A DNA stretch of 6,450 nt, taken from IMG/VR virus record IMGVR_UViG_2711768018_000010; one strand, given 5' to 3'. Made by a program: the position numbers and the translations under genes. Numbering within the stretch: position 1 is the first letter of the stretch; the number at the start of each line of letters is the position of its first letter. This document shows, piece by piece, positions 5,622 through 6,450 of this stretch. The DNA comes from a virus. Lineage: Duplodnaviria > Heunggongvirae > Uroviricota > Caudoviricetes. The notes beneath the pieces were generated by a model, which saw nothing but the letters and a program-made list of their open reading frames with translations, was not told where the DNA came from and made no database searches.

Positions 5622-5966
5622 TCATCGTAAAATATCCTCCACGCTTATCAGTCCGTTCCGCTCCAGATAACTCATCGCCTTATCCGGTAATTTGCAGTCT
5701 GGCTTCGCTTTCCTCAGTTGCCAGGTTAACTGCTTTACCAGCATGGTTAACTCATCGACCAGACGCTGATATCCCACTGGTTTGTATTCATGCAATTTAC
5801 CGGCTGGCTCTGCTGCCAGCGATACCAGTGCGATTTCCAGAACAGCAATATCCATCTTATATGTGCGGATGATGTCATGGTCGATTGTGCCCGGTATGCA
5901 CAGTCTCTGTGCTTCAATAGTCTCCTCTGCGTGAGCTATTAACTGCTCTCTGGTAAAAGTCGTCAT
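5622..5966 (-). CDS. Hypothetical protein (114 aa), paralogous to the adjacent 55-aa ORF
   Basis: ATG at 5966 overlaps the stop of the upstream 55-aa ORF (ATGA). It shares MTTFTREQL and [10 protein letters not shown] with MTTITKERI and [10 protein letters not shown] of the 55-aa ORF. Confidence 0.65.
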   Translation of the reverse strand: MTTFTREQLIAHAEETIEAQRLCIPGTIDHDIIRTYKMDIAVLEIALVSLAAEPAGKLHEYKPVGYQRLVDELTMLVKQLTWQLRKAKPDCKLPDKAMSYLERNGLISVEDILR

Positions 5967-6130
5967 GCCGTAGCCCCTTCTTGATATTTTTCAAACCAGA
6001 ACACAACCGGCTCTGCTTCCAGCGATGCCAGCGCAATCCGTGCCAGTTCCATTTGTTCACCACGGGTAAGCCCGTTTTCAAGCGGGTTTTTAATGAACAA
6101 TTCAATACGTTCTTTGGTAATAGTGGTCAT
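5963..6130 (-). CDS. Hypothetical small protein (55 aa), not in the supplied ORF track
   Basis: Hand translation of the minus strand from ATG 6130 gives [55 protein letters not shown], ending at TGA 5965-5963. A strong SD (TAAGGAG, 6-nt spacer) overlaps the stop of the upstream ORF, and its own stop overlaps the next ATG. Confidence 0.6.
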   Translation of the reverse strand: MTTITKERIELFIKNPLENGLTRGEQMELARIALASLEAEPVVFWFEKYQEGATA

Positions 6131-6140
6131 GTGTTACTCC

Positions 6141-6450
6141 TTAACCCGCAGTGCTTTCAACTGATGAGGGGAACAAAATCTTTTCATCAAACCCTGCATT
6201 CATATCATGAACAGCAACACACCAATCCATCGACGAACGATTATCAAGAGCCTCCATGATTTCATCCATGCGGCGTAGGTCATACAGGTAAATGCTTTTA
6301 TCGCCAATGGTGTAAAAGCCAATTTTTTTCGGTGATGGATGAGGTGTACTGGCAATAGCGGACACTACCATTTGTTCTTTTTTTAAGCAGCCATCTGATG
6401 ATATTTTTCCCTGAAGGCTGCCGGGGAGATATTCCCCAGACGAGAGTGAC
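6141..6450 (-). CDS. Hypothetical protein, probably 5'-partial (reading frame open to the right window edge)
   Basis: The ORF track starts it at ATG 6371 (76 aa), but that ATG has no SD and the same frame stays open with no stop up to position 6450. The C-terminus is ...FPSSVESTAG with TAA at 6143-6141 overlapping the SD of the 55-aa ORF. Confidence 0.5.
   Translation of the reverse strand, partial: SLSSGEYLPGSLQGKISSDGCLKKEQMVVSAIASTPHPSPKKIGFYTIGDKSIYLYDLRRMDEIMEALDNRSSMDWCVAVHDMNAGFDEKILFPSSVESTAG

Noticed and set aside
5914-6259. ORFs 5914..6105 (-) and 5981..6259 (+)
   Set aside because: This interval is better explained by the 55-aa minus-strand ORF, which has a strong SD, stop/start coupling on both sides and clear paralogy to the 114-aa ORF.
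1-6450. CRISPR arrays, integrase/att sites, IS elements or Shiga toxin genes within the window
   Set aside because: No regularly spaced direct repeats, no recombinase-like ORF, no IS-type terminal inverted repeats flanking a transposase, and no stx-like ORF are visible. Any toxin genes would lie beyond position 1.

Overview
This window reads as a lambdoid (lambda / Stx-phage-like) prophage late-control region, with every supported gene on the minus strand (transcribed right to left). From right to left: a partial ORF open to the right edge; two paralogous small ORFs with an ATGA overlap (the 55-aa one is absent from the ORF track); a hok/mok type I toxin locus with a long leader and its own terminator; an operon of hypothetical ORF, DUF968/HNH-like protein, rusA and a lambda-type Q antiterminator with an expanded zinc-finger region; a lambda-like PR' late promoter with the AACGATGGG pause element and a tR'-like terminator; a small winged-helix-like ORF; an orphan DNA methyltransferase whose 3' end is lost in a 250-nt N gap; and a tRNA cluster (a CAU-anticodon tRNA-like 3' fragment, tRNA-Arg UCG, and tRNA-Arg UCU running off the left edge). 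This Q-to-tRNA layout is the one that sits directly upstream of stxAB in Stx phages, but nothing left of position 1 is visible, so toxin or lysis genes are only a prediction. Chi octamers are strongly enriched, including two palindromic double-Chi sites. All calls are from manual reading and recalled protein sequences; no searches or folding programs were run.
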